From assembly GCA_010909165.1 (NCBI GenBank), contig VJWM01000063.1, forward strand, positions 1,302,001-1,366,000: a DNA stretch of 64,000 nt. Reading direction: 5' to 3'. This document shows positions 25,204-38,119 of the stretch, one piece after another. The position numbers were made by a program, and so were the translations under genes. A model generated the notes under the pieces. That model was not told where the DNA came from. It did no database searches and saw nothing but the letters and a program-made list of their open reading frames with translations. Position 1 is the stretch's first letter; each line of letters begins with the position of its first letter. Source of the stretch: Anthoceros angustus. Its lineage: Eukaryota > Plantae > Anthocerotophyta.

Positions 25204-27488
25204 CGCCCGGACAGATCTGCCTTATTCACCAAATGTTTGAGCGCGAAGTGGTCAACATAAAACACAAACTCGTTGGGCAGAAGGTAGTGTCTGAATTTCT
25301 TAACCGCGTATACCATTCCCAACGCCTCTCACTCCGTAGTAGTGTACCTCCGTTCCTCATGCGTGAGCTGTCTTCCGGCGTAGTAGATTGGATGATCCCT
25401 CCGCTTGTCGTCCTTTTGGCTGAGCACTACTCCGATGGCGAAGGCCGACACATACACATACACATGGAATCGCTTTCCCCAGTCCGGACCTTTCAATACT
25501 GGGGCACTGATCAGGGTAGTCTGTAGATCTCTAAATGACGCCTCCCTTTCTGGTGTCCAGGTCCACTCCTCCTCCTTTCTGAGTAACTCCGTTAGCTTGG
25601 CGGCCCGTTTTGCGAAGTCCTGGATGAAACGCCTGTAGTAACCCACCATGCCCAGGAACCCCCGCAACTCCTTCAAATTCGTAGGCGGCTGCAGGGACTG
25701 GATGACCTTGACCTTATCTTGGTCCACCTCTATCCCCCGCGCCGACACACGATGTCCCAGCAGGATCCCTTCCGTCATTCCAAAGTAGCATTTCTCCGGA
25801 TGTAGGCATAGCTGGGTTTCCTTACAACGCTCCAAGCACTTCCGCAGGTGCCCAACGTGCTTGTCTTCCTCTCCATGTACGCAAAAGTCATCCAGAAATA
25901 CCTCCATGAAGTCCCTCAGAAACTCCCTGAAGACGTTAGTCACCATCCGCATAAATGATCCGGGTGCTCCTGTCATCCCGAAGGCGCTTCGCTTGTAGGC
26001 GAACGTCCCCACTCCGTGGTGAACGTTGTCTTATCCCAGTCCGACTCCCTTAGGTGCAGTTGGTTGTAGCCGGAGTATCCATCCAAGAAGGAGTAGGTAC
26101 TCCGTCCTGCCACCTTGTCCAGTATGTCGTCCACGAAGGGCATGGGAAAATGGTCCTTCTCGGTGGCGGCGTTGAGTTTCCTCCGATCCACACGGATACA
26201 TCGCTTGCATTTCTTGGGCACAACGACAATGGGTGCTACCCATTCGCTGTTTACGATTGGGAAGATGATGTCCGCCTCCAGATATTTATCCAGGACCTCC
26301 TTGACCTTGAGCGAGTGCTTGGGATTCAATTTATATTGTCGAATCCGAATAGGCACCGCTCCTGGCTTTAGATCTATCCGGTGTTCGCCCCACTGTTTCG
26401 GAATGCCTTTCATGTTCGTGACCTTGAAAGCAAACACCTCACTAAATTCTCCTAACAGCTGGGTGAGGCCGCGCTTCAACTCCGCTGGCATGCCTTTGCG
26501 GAATTTTAGGAATTTGCCCGGGCGGACCTCCACGTCTTCCACATCGTCAGGATTGACCGTCTCCCTTTCCCTCGCCGCTTCGCTACGCCCAAAGCCATCA
26601 TCCTCCATCCGGGGTTCATCCTCACGCATTCCCCACTCTCGGAAAAGCTCGTCTGAGGTAAACCGGATTACTTCTTCTGGGTCCTCCCCTTCCTCGATCG
26701 GTGGGCCCCCTCCTTTGCCCTCGTCCTCCGGGTCTGGCGCGGCCTCCACTTGGAAACAACTGACCACCTCCGCTCCGAAGGTGTCCCTCCGGTAGTCCAT
26801 CTCTTCTTCGGACCACGAGATTTTTGGGAAGGGGTAGTCCTCATTCGTATCCTCGCGCTCATCGTCCCCACTGTCTTCGGCGGAGGTGTACCCCTCTGTG
26901 GTGCTTACGGTTTCACCACAGTATGTGTCCTTGCTCCAGGTGATCGCTACCCGTCCTTCCCTTACCTTCGGATCCCAGTCTACTGGTTTGAAGTGGATCT
27001 CCTTCCTTCCGAAGTGTAGTTTTGTCTGAGCGAGTCCCAGCCAGGGACGCCCCAACAGTACCTCGTACCCCAGAGGTCCGGCGGGCTTGATGACCACGAA
27101 GTCCAATGTGTAGGGTGCCCCTGCTATGGTTGCTTGGACTCCGGACAACTCCCCCGCCGGCGCGCGTCGTGACATGTCCGCCATCCTGAGGGTTTTGGTG
27201 GATGGCTCAAATGCTGTGAACCCTAACCGCCTTGCGGTGGCCTCCGTGATGAGGTTCACTCCTGACCCGGTGTCCAGGGGTACGTTTTTAATCACGCACC
27301 CAGCGATTTCTACCTGAACCACCGGCGCCCGGGTCCGTATGAGATACCACTCTTACCTCCACGTTCTTGGCCCTACGGCAGGAGGAGTTTCGGCGTGGTT
27401 GTGTCTCCCTGACGGCCCTCCGGACTTCCTGCCGATACTTCGGGTTGTCTCTTAACAACTGTCTAAGTGACACCAAGTGTTGTTGGTC
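25204..27488 (-). mobile_element. Fragment of a different, conventional Gypsy (PR-RT-RNaseH, no methyltransferase)
   Basis: VPLDTGSGVNLI (PR), FLDGYSGYNQ and FLDDFCVH (RT), HPIYYAGRQL...DHFALKHLVNKADLSGR (RH). Truncated by the 20-bp left terminus. Possibly related gag-pol linker pieces occur at about 32650-32955 and 40593-41060. Confidence 0.88.
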
Positions 27489-30400
27489 CCCTACTAGAAA
27501 AGGGCACCCTATGTTACAGTGGATGTTGCAATTTTTTGTTACACTTCCACATTGCAACATGTTTTGGAGGGTTGGTATTAAGTTTGTTAGTTCTGTCCCC
27601 GTTTGGTGCAGCCATCTTAACACGAACCTGGCACTCTCTCTTCTCACCTCCCCTTCCGGGTACACCCCTCTCTCACAAGCATTGTTAATAATTTCCACCG
27701 CAAGCTGTGTTGCAATTTTATGTACCACTTCCAACTTCCATGGTTTGATGGCTTGGTGTTAAGTTGGTCCATTCTTTCTCTTCCATCTCCCACCATCCTA
27801 ACACAATGCTTGGTCTCTCACTTCATGTACCACTTCAAAATTGCAACACTTTATGGTGGCTTGGTGTTCAAGGTGTCCTTTTCTTATCCACCTTCTCACC
27901 CCATCTTAACACAATACTTGGTCTCTCTCCTCTCACCTCACCCTGCTATTTATTGCCCCCCTTATCACACCCTTTTTATACTCTTTCACTTCTCCTCCTC
28001 CTTCATGACTGTGAGAAGGACCTCCCCTATCACAGCCATTTTATACTCTTCCACTATTCCTCTTTCAACTTGCTTGTTACAATGACCTCTCTCTTAGGCT
28101 GTCCTTCCTTCCTTTTACCTCCTTTGCATATACTCAATATACATATATATGTTTTGTAGGCTTCAAGACATAAGTATGTGTACGTTTATATGTACACATC
28201 CATCTGTTATACTTCTATTATATTAGTGTATTTACATGCCTCTTTGTATACGTATATACGTACGTATATAGGCATCAAGACTTGTTTATATAATAATATA
28301 TATGTGCTAACCCTTACGTCACTCTCATACCTTACATATCTAAGTGTTTGATTTTATTGACAATTTAAATCAAATTTTTTGGACACTTCAATCGTCCTCT
28401 ATCCCTTGCAGCTTTGTTTCCACTGATGCAATACGAACTCCACGTGATATGGGCATATGCGTCTGGCGTGCACCACCAACATGTGCCTCTGAACTGAAGC
28501 GACGCGACGTCACTTGGTGACTCTTCAGACCAACACCAATGGTTTCAGGGTTCCTCCACATCTTCCTACACCTATCCAGCGACCTCTATAACCACTTTCA
28601 CAATTACAGACGGCTATGTCAATGCCAGGCTACAAAGGTGGGCAGACCAATTCCCTCTTGTTTGTTGCTAATTGACCATCACCGGTCCACCCATGCACTG
28701 GCGACTCCATCGTCCGCGGAAAACATCTCGACCATTTACATTCCCCTCCACAAACGGCCCCCCTACCCATAGATCGGTACCAACCATTCCTATGTCACTT
28801 GCGCCTACACCCTTCGCCACCGTCCGACTCGAGACTCCTCTTGCAGCTTCAACACCCGTTGTCTTTTGCTTGACCCTCTTCGCTCAGCACCTCCTCGTTT
28901 CGTCTGGTGTGGTCCACCTTACGTGGCATGACCCACTAGCCTCAATGGCTAGCCCTTCACTCCGGCCCCATAGGCTGCCAAATCACCACTTCCACAATTA
29001 CAGACGGCAAACGAATAGCATTCAATCTCTCGATGTCGGGTTGCCACCCTACTCACGCTTTTGACACGGATCGTGTGATACGCCTTGTTGGCACCCATCA
29101 CACCTCCGTGATCCCCACCATCCACGTTGCCTCCGGCATCACTTGACGGTGACGCCCCTGCTTGGCACCTTCCTCCATCTTCCTTCTCTCCACCGGGTTC
29201 TGTGCCTTCCTTCACGACTGGCCTTCACCTTCCACCGTTTCCTTCCTTCTTCCTGCGGTCATGCACACGCATCACTTACTCACGTCCTACATAGCGAAAC
29301 CTACATATCACAACCAAGCATTCCATTAACCGTCAACGACTATTTTACCACTCCGATTACTCGGCATCTTGTCCAATCCATGCCTTGCTGCCCACTTCAA
29401 CTCATCCAGGTTGCGCTCCTCCCAGCGTTGGACATACTGTTTCGAACTCCTTTGCTCCTCTTGGACCAAAGGGATTCGTCCCATGCTCGTGCTTGCCGTT
29501 GCGGCGCTTCGTGGTGTTGGCCACACACCCCATGCTTGCGTCACCACGGCTTGCGCATGCCTTTCTCCATGCCTTCGTGCTCACATTAGGCGGATGCAAC
29601 CATTTTGCATCCTTCCTTCTCCCTCCATGAATTGCGCTTGCCGCACCTTCTTGCCCACATTGTGGTTCCTTGTCCGCGATGCACCGCAAACCGGCCACAA
29701 TATCCTCGCTCTATACTTGCAAACTCATACTCTACCTTCCTCACCGCCTTTCTCGCAAACTTCGTGGCTCGACCATGGCACCATCACTCCATTTTGCACA
29801 CACTAGCTCCAACACACGCGGTGGAAGGCCTTCCTCGTCCTTCCTCATGGACGACTCTTCATCCTCCTCCTCATTCTCTATCCACCCTCCATCGCATAAC
29901 CGCTGGCCCATGTACACGCCACCACGCCCATGTAGCTGACAACACGGCTATGACATCGTCTAATGGCTTACCGCCGTGCTCCGTCAATTCTCCAATTTCA
30001 TGTGCTGGCAATGTAGTCGGCATGTCTTCCTCGACCTCGATCCGCCATCTCCACATCTTCCTCCTCGCTCCCGCTCCCCCATCCTCGCGGTGTCCTCCTC
30101 CTCACCGCCCTCCTCACCATCATAGGCATGCGCTCCTTGGCCCTCCTCCGCAACCGCCCACCAGCACGGGCCCACTCCCACCGCAGGAGTCCTCCCCTCC
30201 AAAGGCTCCCTCCCGCCACGTTGTTGGGGTTGTCCGCCGCCACCGGCGAAGGTCCACAAACGTATGCCATCTCTCGGCAGCCACGGTCACCCTCTTGTGC
30301 ACCACCACCATGCTCCTCAAGTTGGACATTCAAGCTCCGGACTAAGGCCAATGTCCTCGTTCCTCCGGATGTCGCCGCCGCATCCCTCCTCCAGCACTTT

Positions 30401-32500
30401 GGAATCTCTCCAGAAAGCAAGCGTTAGCTCCCCACATTGGAGACACCACTCCACTTCCCGCGAGCATCGCCCGCCTCTTGGACTCCACTCCTGTATGAAG
30501 GTTCTCCTCCGGCACCTCCACCTCGCCGCCGCTTCCACGCCATGGGCATCCACCCTCTCCCTTGGGTGGAATCGGCTTTCTCCACGCGCCCACCTCACTT
30601 GCCCGCGCTTCCACCATCCGCGTGCTTCCATCCAGTTGGGCCGCCTCGCTCCTGCGCCAAGTCCCTTGCATGGACCATTTTCCGGCTTCGGCCTCTCCTC
30701 TCGGACGGCGCGCCGTCGATGGGCCCCATCCTCCTTCCCGGGCGGCGTTATGGGCACGGACATCCGCCCGGATTGGCGGCGTTGTTCCGCTTAAGCGGCT
30801 TGAAATCCTCAAAGTCAACGTCCCAAACCATGGTCGAAGGCCAATGCACATACTGGCACAATGCGACAAAGTGAGCAGGAACTCCGGTGGCGATGGCCGA
30901 GGGGCGGTGAGGTAACCACAGTGATGGGGAAGAGGGCAAGAGGAGAAGGCGGCGCAAGTCCTAGGGCATGCCGGTGGCTCATGTGCCATGCATGCCGATT
31001 TCGCGGGCACAAACTCGGAGTTTGCCCACCACCTATATGTACATGTGGCATTCACATGCCTAAAACACCGCGCAACTTGCGATTGTCCACCACACCATTC
31101 TGCACATATGGCATCCATGCATGTTTGGCATATATAGGCATCCGTGTTTATACGATTTTCGTCATCCAAGGACAAATTTAGCCCATTATGGATTACCATA
31201 TATCGCATCGAAGGAAAATAATTTCCCTTTGCTCATGCGCATTTCGTGGTCCAAGGACAAAACATTCCTGTATGGTCATTTCGTGAAGGACAAATGTTCC
31301 TCATTGTCATGACCATGCCTTGGCCTCAGTCAATTTTGGCCATTCGATGACCATTTCGAAAGCCAAGGACAAATGTTTCCATTATGGAAGATCATTTTCG
31401 ATCGACGGACACTAATTTGCCATTGTTCATTACTACGTGGTCCAAGGACAATACATTCCCATCATGCATGATCACTTCGTGACCCAAGGACAAATGTTCC
31501 TCATTCGTCATGACCATGTCTTTGCCTCATGTCAATTTTGGCCATTCGGATGACCATTTGGAGAGCCAAGGGGAATTTGCCCTTGTGGATGAATTTAAAT
31601 CGTTGGTGCCCGCAGATGTAATGCCATTTCAAGGCAAGACCGACTTAGAACTGCCATGCTCCACGGACCATGCATGTGTTAATTTGCTATTTTTATGCTT
31701 TGCCCGTTCTAGCATACCACATTGCCTACCGATCCAGCCGATGCGGCGATGTCGCGACCACATTCGACCGTGGTGGTGTATGTGGTGGTGTGGGGAGTGG
31801 TGTGTGGGGCGTGGCGGCGTGCGGTGGGGAGGGAGGAGGAGGAGAGGAGGGACTTCGTGGCGTGCTGCCACCGCAATGGCTTGCCATTCCTCCATGCATG
31901 CCATGTATGGTCCCCTATGTTGAAGGCCATGACAATGTCATGGCCTTGACAACTGCCATGAACCAAAGACAATGGCTCCTATCTCTCATAAACTTGTCTT
32001 CTCCACCGTTGTCCAAGAAAGGTGTGGTGAAGCCATTTTAATATTTGAAAAGCCGGGGCATGGTAGAAAACATGCCATGAAAGGTTGCATTGAATGGACT
32101 GTTCTCTATTTCGTATCCGCTTCTTCTACACCATTGTGCAAGGTGGGTGCACGTGAGAGCCATTCAAGCAAACTAAATGCCCCATTCATTATGCCATGAA
32201 TGAAGGATGGCCGTGTGAATTTGCCATATATGCCCGCGTTCTCCCATATAATGATGTGCATCGTTCGAGACTCCGTTGCGATCCACCAATCAAACGTCAC
32301 ATGGCGTAACGTGTCATGTATTCACACCTTCGGCGGGGCGCCATGTGCTCGGCGTCACTCTGGCGTCACTGCCGCAAAGGATATCCGGACCTTGGGAGAC
32401 ATGACATCTACCTTCGTGTTCCGCCCTTTTGCCCCCCTCCATGAATTTACCGCCAACCGTCACGATGGCGCCATGCCGACACCGCCATGTCTCCTTTCTC
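27489..32500 (-). mobile_element. Probable degenerate CACTA/En-Spm-derived segment
   Basis: Begins CCCTACTAGAAAAG, resembling CACTACTAG, followed by TTGCAACA-type subterminal repeats. Minus-strand HPPNVSTKAW...RRNGKHEHGTNPFGPRG resembles the Ptta/En-Spm accessory transposase pattern. The second end was not found and the boundaries are approximate. Confidence 0.4.
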
Positions 32501-32954
32501 ACATGTAAGGAACGGAAATTCAAGATCCTCTCATCCGCAACCCGATGTGGCCTGGAGGACAAGAGGCTGCCTAAGGTCGTCGTGTTCCGCTTTAAATGTC
32601 ACCACCTTGCCCTCGCTTCACGCTACTACCTTTGTTTTGGTCATCTTCGCAGAGCTGCCTGATTTAACTCGCCTTCCTTAGCTGGAGCTGCCTCCTTCGC
32701 GGGTGTCCCGTCCTCCGTATCCGTTGGACTATCCCCATTTTTCTTCCTCTTCAATTGTCTCCTCTCCTTTCGCTCCTTCGGCGGCTTCGGGTTGACACTT
32801 CCAGTACCTCCAGGTCTACCTTCTCCTCCTTAGCCGAACTCGCCTCGTACCACTCTGTCCCAAGTTCCTTCGGCGCCTCTTCCCACTCCGCCAGCTGTGC
32901 ATCTTCAATCTGTAGCACCGGCGCAGTCTTAGGGAGAGGGGGCGTAGGTTTTTG

Positions 32955-33623
32955 CTTAGCATAGGACATTGTCGTTATGGTGTGTTTTGAGGAGAGTGTG
33001 TGAGGGTAAATTGAGGTTTAGAGGTGGACTCGATCAGAGAGAGGGGTAAACACCAAAATGGCAAGCAAAACTCGTTCGGCGTCTCTCGCAGGCACACACC
33101 CGCACGATCGCCTTCCAAGCACTCTCACCAGTATCCTTCTCACTCCCAAAGCCCCACATCCACCGCCCACATGGGAACTGTATGGCTGTCCTGTCTACGA
33201 ACAAACATCAGCAATCCGTCTCTTCTCGCGGATTGCTGCCCCTTTTATCCCCTTTCGCTTGGCACCGTGCACCACCAATCGCGGGCAACTTGCTTGGGGC
33301 GCGCGACGTCATCCGTGATCCCGGCGGAAACCATAATCTTGCCGTGATTACAGTTCGGCTCCTCAAGCTTGGGCCATTATGCCCGCTCATGGCGGGGTGG
33401 GTTTATGCATACCCATCACCCCCATGCCTATGCACATGAGCATGCGCTCACAATCATCCGCATGCACTCATAGGCATCGTGTGTCAAGATCCTACTTGCC
33501 ATGACAGCTGTCGCGCCATAGCTGCATAGTGGGCATGGCACTGATCGAGTCCACCTCTAAACCTCAATTTACCCTCACACACTCTCCTCAAAACACACCA
33601 TAACGACAATGTCCTATGCTAAG
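32955..33623. repeat. 83-bp perfect inverted repeat (32955-33037 / 33541-33623) enclosing the terminal junction; repeated at about 41060-41141 / 41640-41722
   Basis: CTTAGCATAGGACATTG...GACTCGATCAG versus CTGATCGAGTC...CAATGTCCTATGCTAAG. Each arm is followed by the direct repeat AGAGAGGGGTAAACACCAAAATGGC. Confidence 0.93.
33067..33506 (-). repeat. About 440-bp terminal repeat 'A' of the young element (also about 41168-41605 and 49641-50081)
   Basis: Three near-identical copies, each ending on the plus strand in ...CTTGCCATGACA (TGTCATGGCAAG on the coding strand). Confidence 0.9.
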
Positions 33624-33709
33624 AAAAAAGAGAGGGGTAAACACCAAAATGGCCCCCCTGCCGAAGTCGCTGCCACCAATTGTGCGACGTGTGGTAGCAC
33701 TTGGGCATG

Positions 33710-34839
33710 TCAGATACCGTAAAATCGCCGATAGAATCGTCTAAACATACTATCACGCAATTGAGGCTCTGATGGTTTCTCGTGCTCCAAAGCTCCTGTG
33801 GCTAAAAGGGCTGCCACCCGCCGTTCCTCAGGGTCAAAGTATTCATCAACTTGAGCTTTGCTCAACCGCTGCCTCTCCTTAGCACGATGTCGAGCCATGA
33901 TTTCCTCTTCTTCGTCACTGTCCAACTCAGTTTTGACCCTAGGAAGTTGTGGCCCATTCAAACCGTTGACGTAAAATTGTTTCTCAATGCACTGAGCACG
34001 CAAGAACTCCCCCACGTTGTCGTTAAGCAAATACCAACATTCAGCTGTTGGTTCATCCCACTCCAGAATGCCAGTCCGCAAGCATGCAAATAGCTTGTAA
34101 AATGCCCTAGGGTAACCGATGGCATACCGTCCCGCCTTCTCCCGGTGAAAATGGCTGAGCCAGACTTTCAAACTGCGCACATCCGCTGGCTTCTCCTGCT
34201 GCTTGTACATCAAAAACCCTTCTTTGGGCCAGTGGTCAAAGATCTGATGCATAAACAAGTGATGCTCCAACTTTCGAAAGGCACCTTCACAATAACTTGT
34301 CCAAACAAAGTCATACTTTCATACCCCGCAAGCTCAAAGAGGTCCTTGTGGTCATATGGGAAGTTTTCAACTGAGCATGTTTCATGGTGTGACTCCATGT
34401 AAAGCAAGAAGGCCTGCAACTCCAGGAAGGTCTCCGGCCGTTCAGGCTTGCTAGGTTGATACTTAGTATCAAAGTGCGCCACTTGTCCTCCCACGGCGGT
34501 CGAAATTGCGGAACACAGCGATGCACCGCTGCGTTTTGCAAGTATGGTCCGCCTCGGATCCATGTTGTCCGGCCGCCATCGGGTTAGCGTGCCATGAGAA
34601 GTACCTTGCACAAACCACCGTAGCAGTAGTCAATGACGCGGATTGGATGGCTCGGCGATCGTGCGGCTTGGTGATGATCCAGCGATTCGTCCTTAAGTCG
34701 CGGTGACCACCCCTACGGATGTGATGGTGGTGAGAGCTCGCAACCCCCCCGCCGTCGAGAGTAAATAGGTCTTCATCCTACTGCGTAGTGGAACTGGTTA
34801 GGCCGCTTTGCTCGGCTGCTGCAACCCATCATGATCCAT
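33710..34839 (-). CDS. Extra ORF of unknown function downstream of pol in B1, frameshifted here (B2 copy about 41810-42942)
   Basis: ORF pieces 34210-34611 and 33710-34270 are conserved in both young copies (PETFLELQAFLLYMESHHETCSVENFPYDH; EWDEPTAECWYLLNDNVGEFLRAQC). An ATG lies 3 nt after an upstream TAA in both copies. Confidence 0.6.
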
Positions 34840-35011
34840 GTTTTACTTACGAGGCTTTTGATTATCCCGCCTCCGCATGTGTTCGCTACCGCCACGCTTG
34901 ATACCTTCGCCCCTACGCTCCGCCTTCTCTACGGTGCTGTCTGATGAGCCGGGGCACGCGCAGTTTACCCTAAAAGGTCCTTTATCCTTCCTTGACCTCT
35001 TCGCGGCGGAG

Positions 35012-36589
35012 TCATCCAACCCCAGCCCTTGTGCTGAGTCGCGGAAAAGCACATTGATGATAGTACCATTCGCCATCGGGTATCACCGTGAGAGGGGGTC
35101 GTAGGCAAAACACATGATACCCCCAATTGCACTTGTTGCAAAGAATCATGAGCTTCGGGTCCGTGATGTGACCACAAAGTTTGCAAGGCAAGTCAATCGA
35201 TGGTTTCCATGCCTGTGGCTGAGTCCTCGTGTCCAAGTTCGGCAGGTGGCATGGTGCCAAGTGACGCATGTGTTCCTTGCAACGTCGTCCGTCCTGCCCT
35301 TCTAATTCGATGACACCCTGCTCACCCACATTCACCACCCACAAAATCAAGCGCCCAGTGCTTACATCCAACGTGCCTAATGGTCGGTGTTGTAAGTACA
35401 CAAAGTCCCCCACTTCAAATTTCCTCGCCTTGGGTTTCCACGAGCCACCTCGCGCAAAGGCATATCGGAGTTGGTCCCGATGTTGGGCAATGGCTAAGTT
35501 ATCCATGGCCATGGGAATAACCCGCTGAAACAACTTGGCGCGGTTCTGCAATTCTACGAAACACTCTTCTGGATTCTGTGCCCAATCTACTAGTTTAGAA
35601 TAGGCATCTGCCACGATATTTGGCATGACAGCATTCCGCCCAAACATGATGTAATATGGGCTGAAGTTGCCCAAAGCAGCCTGCACACTGATCCTATATC
35701 CTAGTGCAACATATGGGAACAGCTCATCCCAGCAGCTGGTCTCAACCTCAGTGCAATATTTGCGAAGAGCGTCCTTAAAAGTTTGCACTAACCGTTCTGC
35801 CAATCCGTCAGCTTGAGGATGATCCCGAGATGTGCGACGTTGATCTATCAAGCTTCGATCCAGCAACGCTTGGAATTCACCGCGGAACTCATTGCCTTGG
35901 TCCGTCAACACCTCCGCGCAACTTCCATATCTGCTGAGAACACACTGCAAAAATGCGCGGGCTGTATACGTGGAGCTTCTGATTGGGAGAAAGGCCAATT
36001 CCACCCACTTTGAAAAGTGCTCTATCATCAACATGCAATGCTTGTTGCCTTGCTTGGTCACTGGCAATTCAGGCATCAAGTCAAGTGACCATCGAAAAAA
36101 TAATCCCTTGATGGGCAGCGAATGTAGCACCACATCCTGGCTGTTGAACCTCGCCTTCACTGCATCGCATGCAGCACATCGCGCCACCACTTGCTCTACA
36201 TCTGCATACATACCTGACCAAAAGTATGTACTCTTCAACATGTGATGTGTTCTCTTGACGCCAAAATGCCCCAACATTTTGTGTACCTTGGTCACTAGTA
36301 GTCTTCGCTCCTCCACGGGCGGCACCTCCTTGCTCACCCCTCGATCAACCACATACACCTTGCCATCTTTGTATGTATAGCGAGCAATTAAATCGCTGCA
36401 CACGGAGGACATTGTGTCCACACCACCACATGCCCATCCCTTAATTTGAATGGCATGCTCGAGCTTCCATATGTCTCGACCTCCTTCGTTGATCCTTTGC
36501 TGGTTCAAGGACGGCATCGCCAAATACACTGGGCAAATGTTGCATGATCCAAGTCTTGTCTCGCCCCAATGATGTCTTCTGCCCCACAC
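35012..36589 (-). CDS. Gypsy integrase with C-terminal PHD finger (B1)
   Basis: Open 525-codon frame with HHCC and DDE motifs, then CKLC...LMILCNKCNWGYHVFCLRPPLTVIPDGEWYYHQC (PHD at about 35040-35190). Confidence 0.9.
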   Translation of the reverse strand: MWGRRHHWGETRLGSCNICPVYLAMPSLNQQRINEGGRDIWKLEHAIQIKGWACGGVDTMSSVCSDLIARYTYKDGKVYVVDRGVSKEVPPVEERRLLVTKVHKMLGHFGVKRTHHMLKSTYFWSGMYADVEQVVARCAACDAVKARFNSQDVVLHSLPIKGLFFRWSLDLMPELPVTKQGNKHCMLMIEHFSKWVELAFLPIRSSTYTARAFLQCVLSRYGSCAEVLTDQGNEFRGEFQALLDRSLIDQRRTSRDHPQADGLAERLVQTFKDALRKYCTEVETSCWDELFPYVALGYRISVQAALGNFSPYYIMFGRNAVMPNIVADAYSKLVDWAQNPEECFVELQNRAKLFQRVIPMAMDNLAIAQHRDQLRYAFARGGSWKPKARKFEVGDFVYLQHRPLGTLDVSTGRLILWVVNVGEQGVIELEGQDGRRCKEHMRHLAPCHLPNLDTRTQPQAWKPSIDLPCKLCGHITDPKLMILCNKCNWGYHVFCLRPPLTVIPDGEWYYHQCAFPRLSTRAGVG

Positions 36590-38119
36590 ATCGGGTTCCT
36601 ACTGAGCCCATCGGCATTGAGATGTACTTTTCGGTATGATGATTTGCATATCATACTCGGATAGCAAGAGCCCACCTAGCAAGCTTCCGCTTAGCTTCAT
36701 GTTGGTCATCGGCCCGGTGTAGTGGCGTGATCCGTGACCAATTGAAAACTTGACCAAATAGGTATACTCTAAAGTGGGACCGCCGGTGACAAGACCTCCC
36801 TTCATAAGGCGAATAATTGGCCTCCGTGTTGTATCTGCTGCATCGCCACAACCCGCTCTCTCCCTTCCTCGTCTGCTTGGGCAAGCACGGCGCCAATGCC
36901 TATAGCACTCCAATCCGTGTACAGGACGAAGGGCCTGTCGAAGTTGGGCCTCTTAAGCATTGGCCTCTCTGCCAACTGCTCTTTCAACTCCTGCCACGCT
37001 TGCTCTTGCTCCTGCTCCCAGTGCCAATGAGTTTCCTTTTGAGTAGCTCATATAGTGGCTTGCAGGTTCTGCTCATGTCTCTTATAAACCGACGATAATA
37101 GTTCACGGTGAACGCCCTCAAGGCGGCCACATCCTTTAGTGCGGGCATGAGACTCATCGCCGCACTTTGGCCAATTGTGGCAGCACGCCTCCTGGCACAA
37201 TCTTGTGCCCTAGGTATTCTATCTCCCTATATGCGAACTTGCATTTCTTGTGGTGGGCCTTCAATCCAGATTTGGCCAAGCGTTGCAATAGCACCTCTAA
37301 GTGCTCAATGTGTTCCTCCAGGTTATTGCTGAACACCAGAATGTCATCGATGTAACACTTGACAAATGCCAGCCCTTGCAGTTCCAAGTCAGCCACGCGT
37401 TGAAAATATATGGATGCATTCTTCAATTTGAACGGCATGGTCTCCCATTCCCACAGCTGCTCTTTGCCCCAAAACGCTGTCTTGCACTTGTCCTGCTCCT
37501 CAATTACAATCTGATTGAACCCAAATCGAAAATCAAGGGTGGTGAAGTACTTGGCTTCACCAATAGCGTCAAAGATCTCATCAGGCGTGGGCATGGGATA
37601 CCGTTCCATGGGCGTTATTTCATTCAGAGCTCGGTAATCTGCACACATTCTCCTATCCTTCCATTCCCCACGTTCATCCTTCTTGAGTGGCAGCACGGTG
37701 GCTGCAGCATATTGCGATGTTGATTTCCTGATCAGCCCAGCCGCAGCTAGTTCCTTGCACCGCTTGTCTACGATGTCTCATTCCATGGGACTCAGTTTGT
37801 GCCTTCTTCGAAACACAGGTTCATTGGTGGTAGTAGTGATCTTGAACTTGATACGATCATATCGCCCTAACTCGGCCCAACTGAACGCGAAGGTGCCACG
37901 ATTTCTGAGTAGCATGTCTCGGATCCTTTGCCGTTCAGCCGGTTGCAAATCTTCACATATTTGCCAATCATCGACCGGATTCTCATAGTTCCTTTCTTGT
38001 GGCGAGGTAACAGAGGCTGCTGTGTTGGCGGCACGTTCTTGCTTCTCCGACGCAGATGTAAGTTCATCTTTACAGATCGTCAGACGCTCCTCTCCATTCT
38101 CTCGACCCATGGCTATCTG

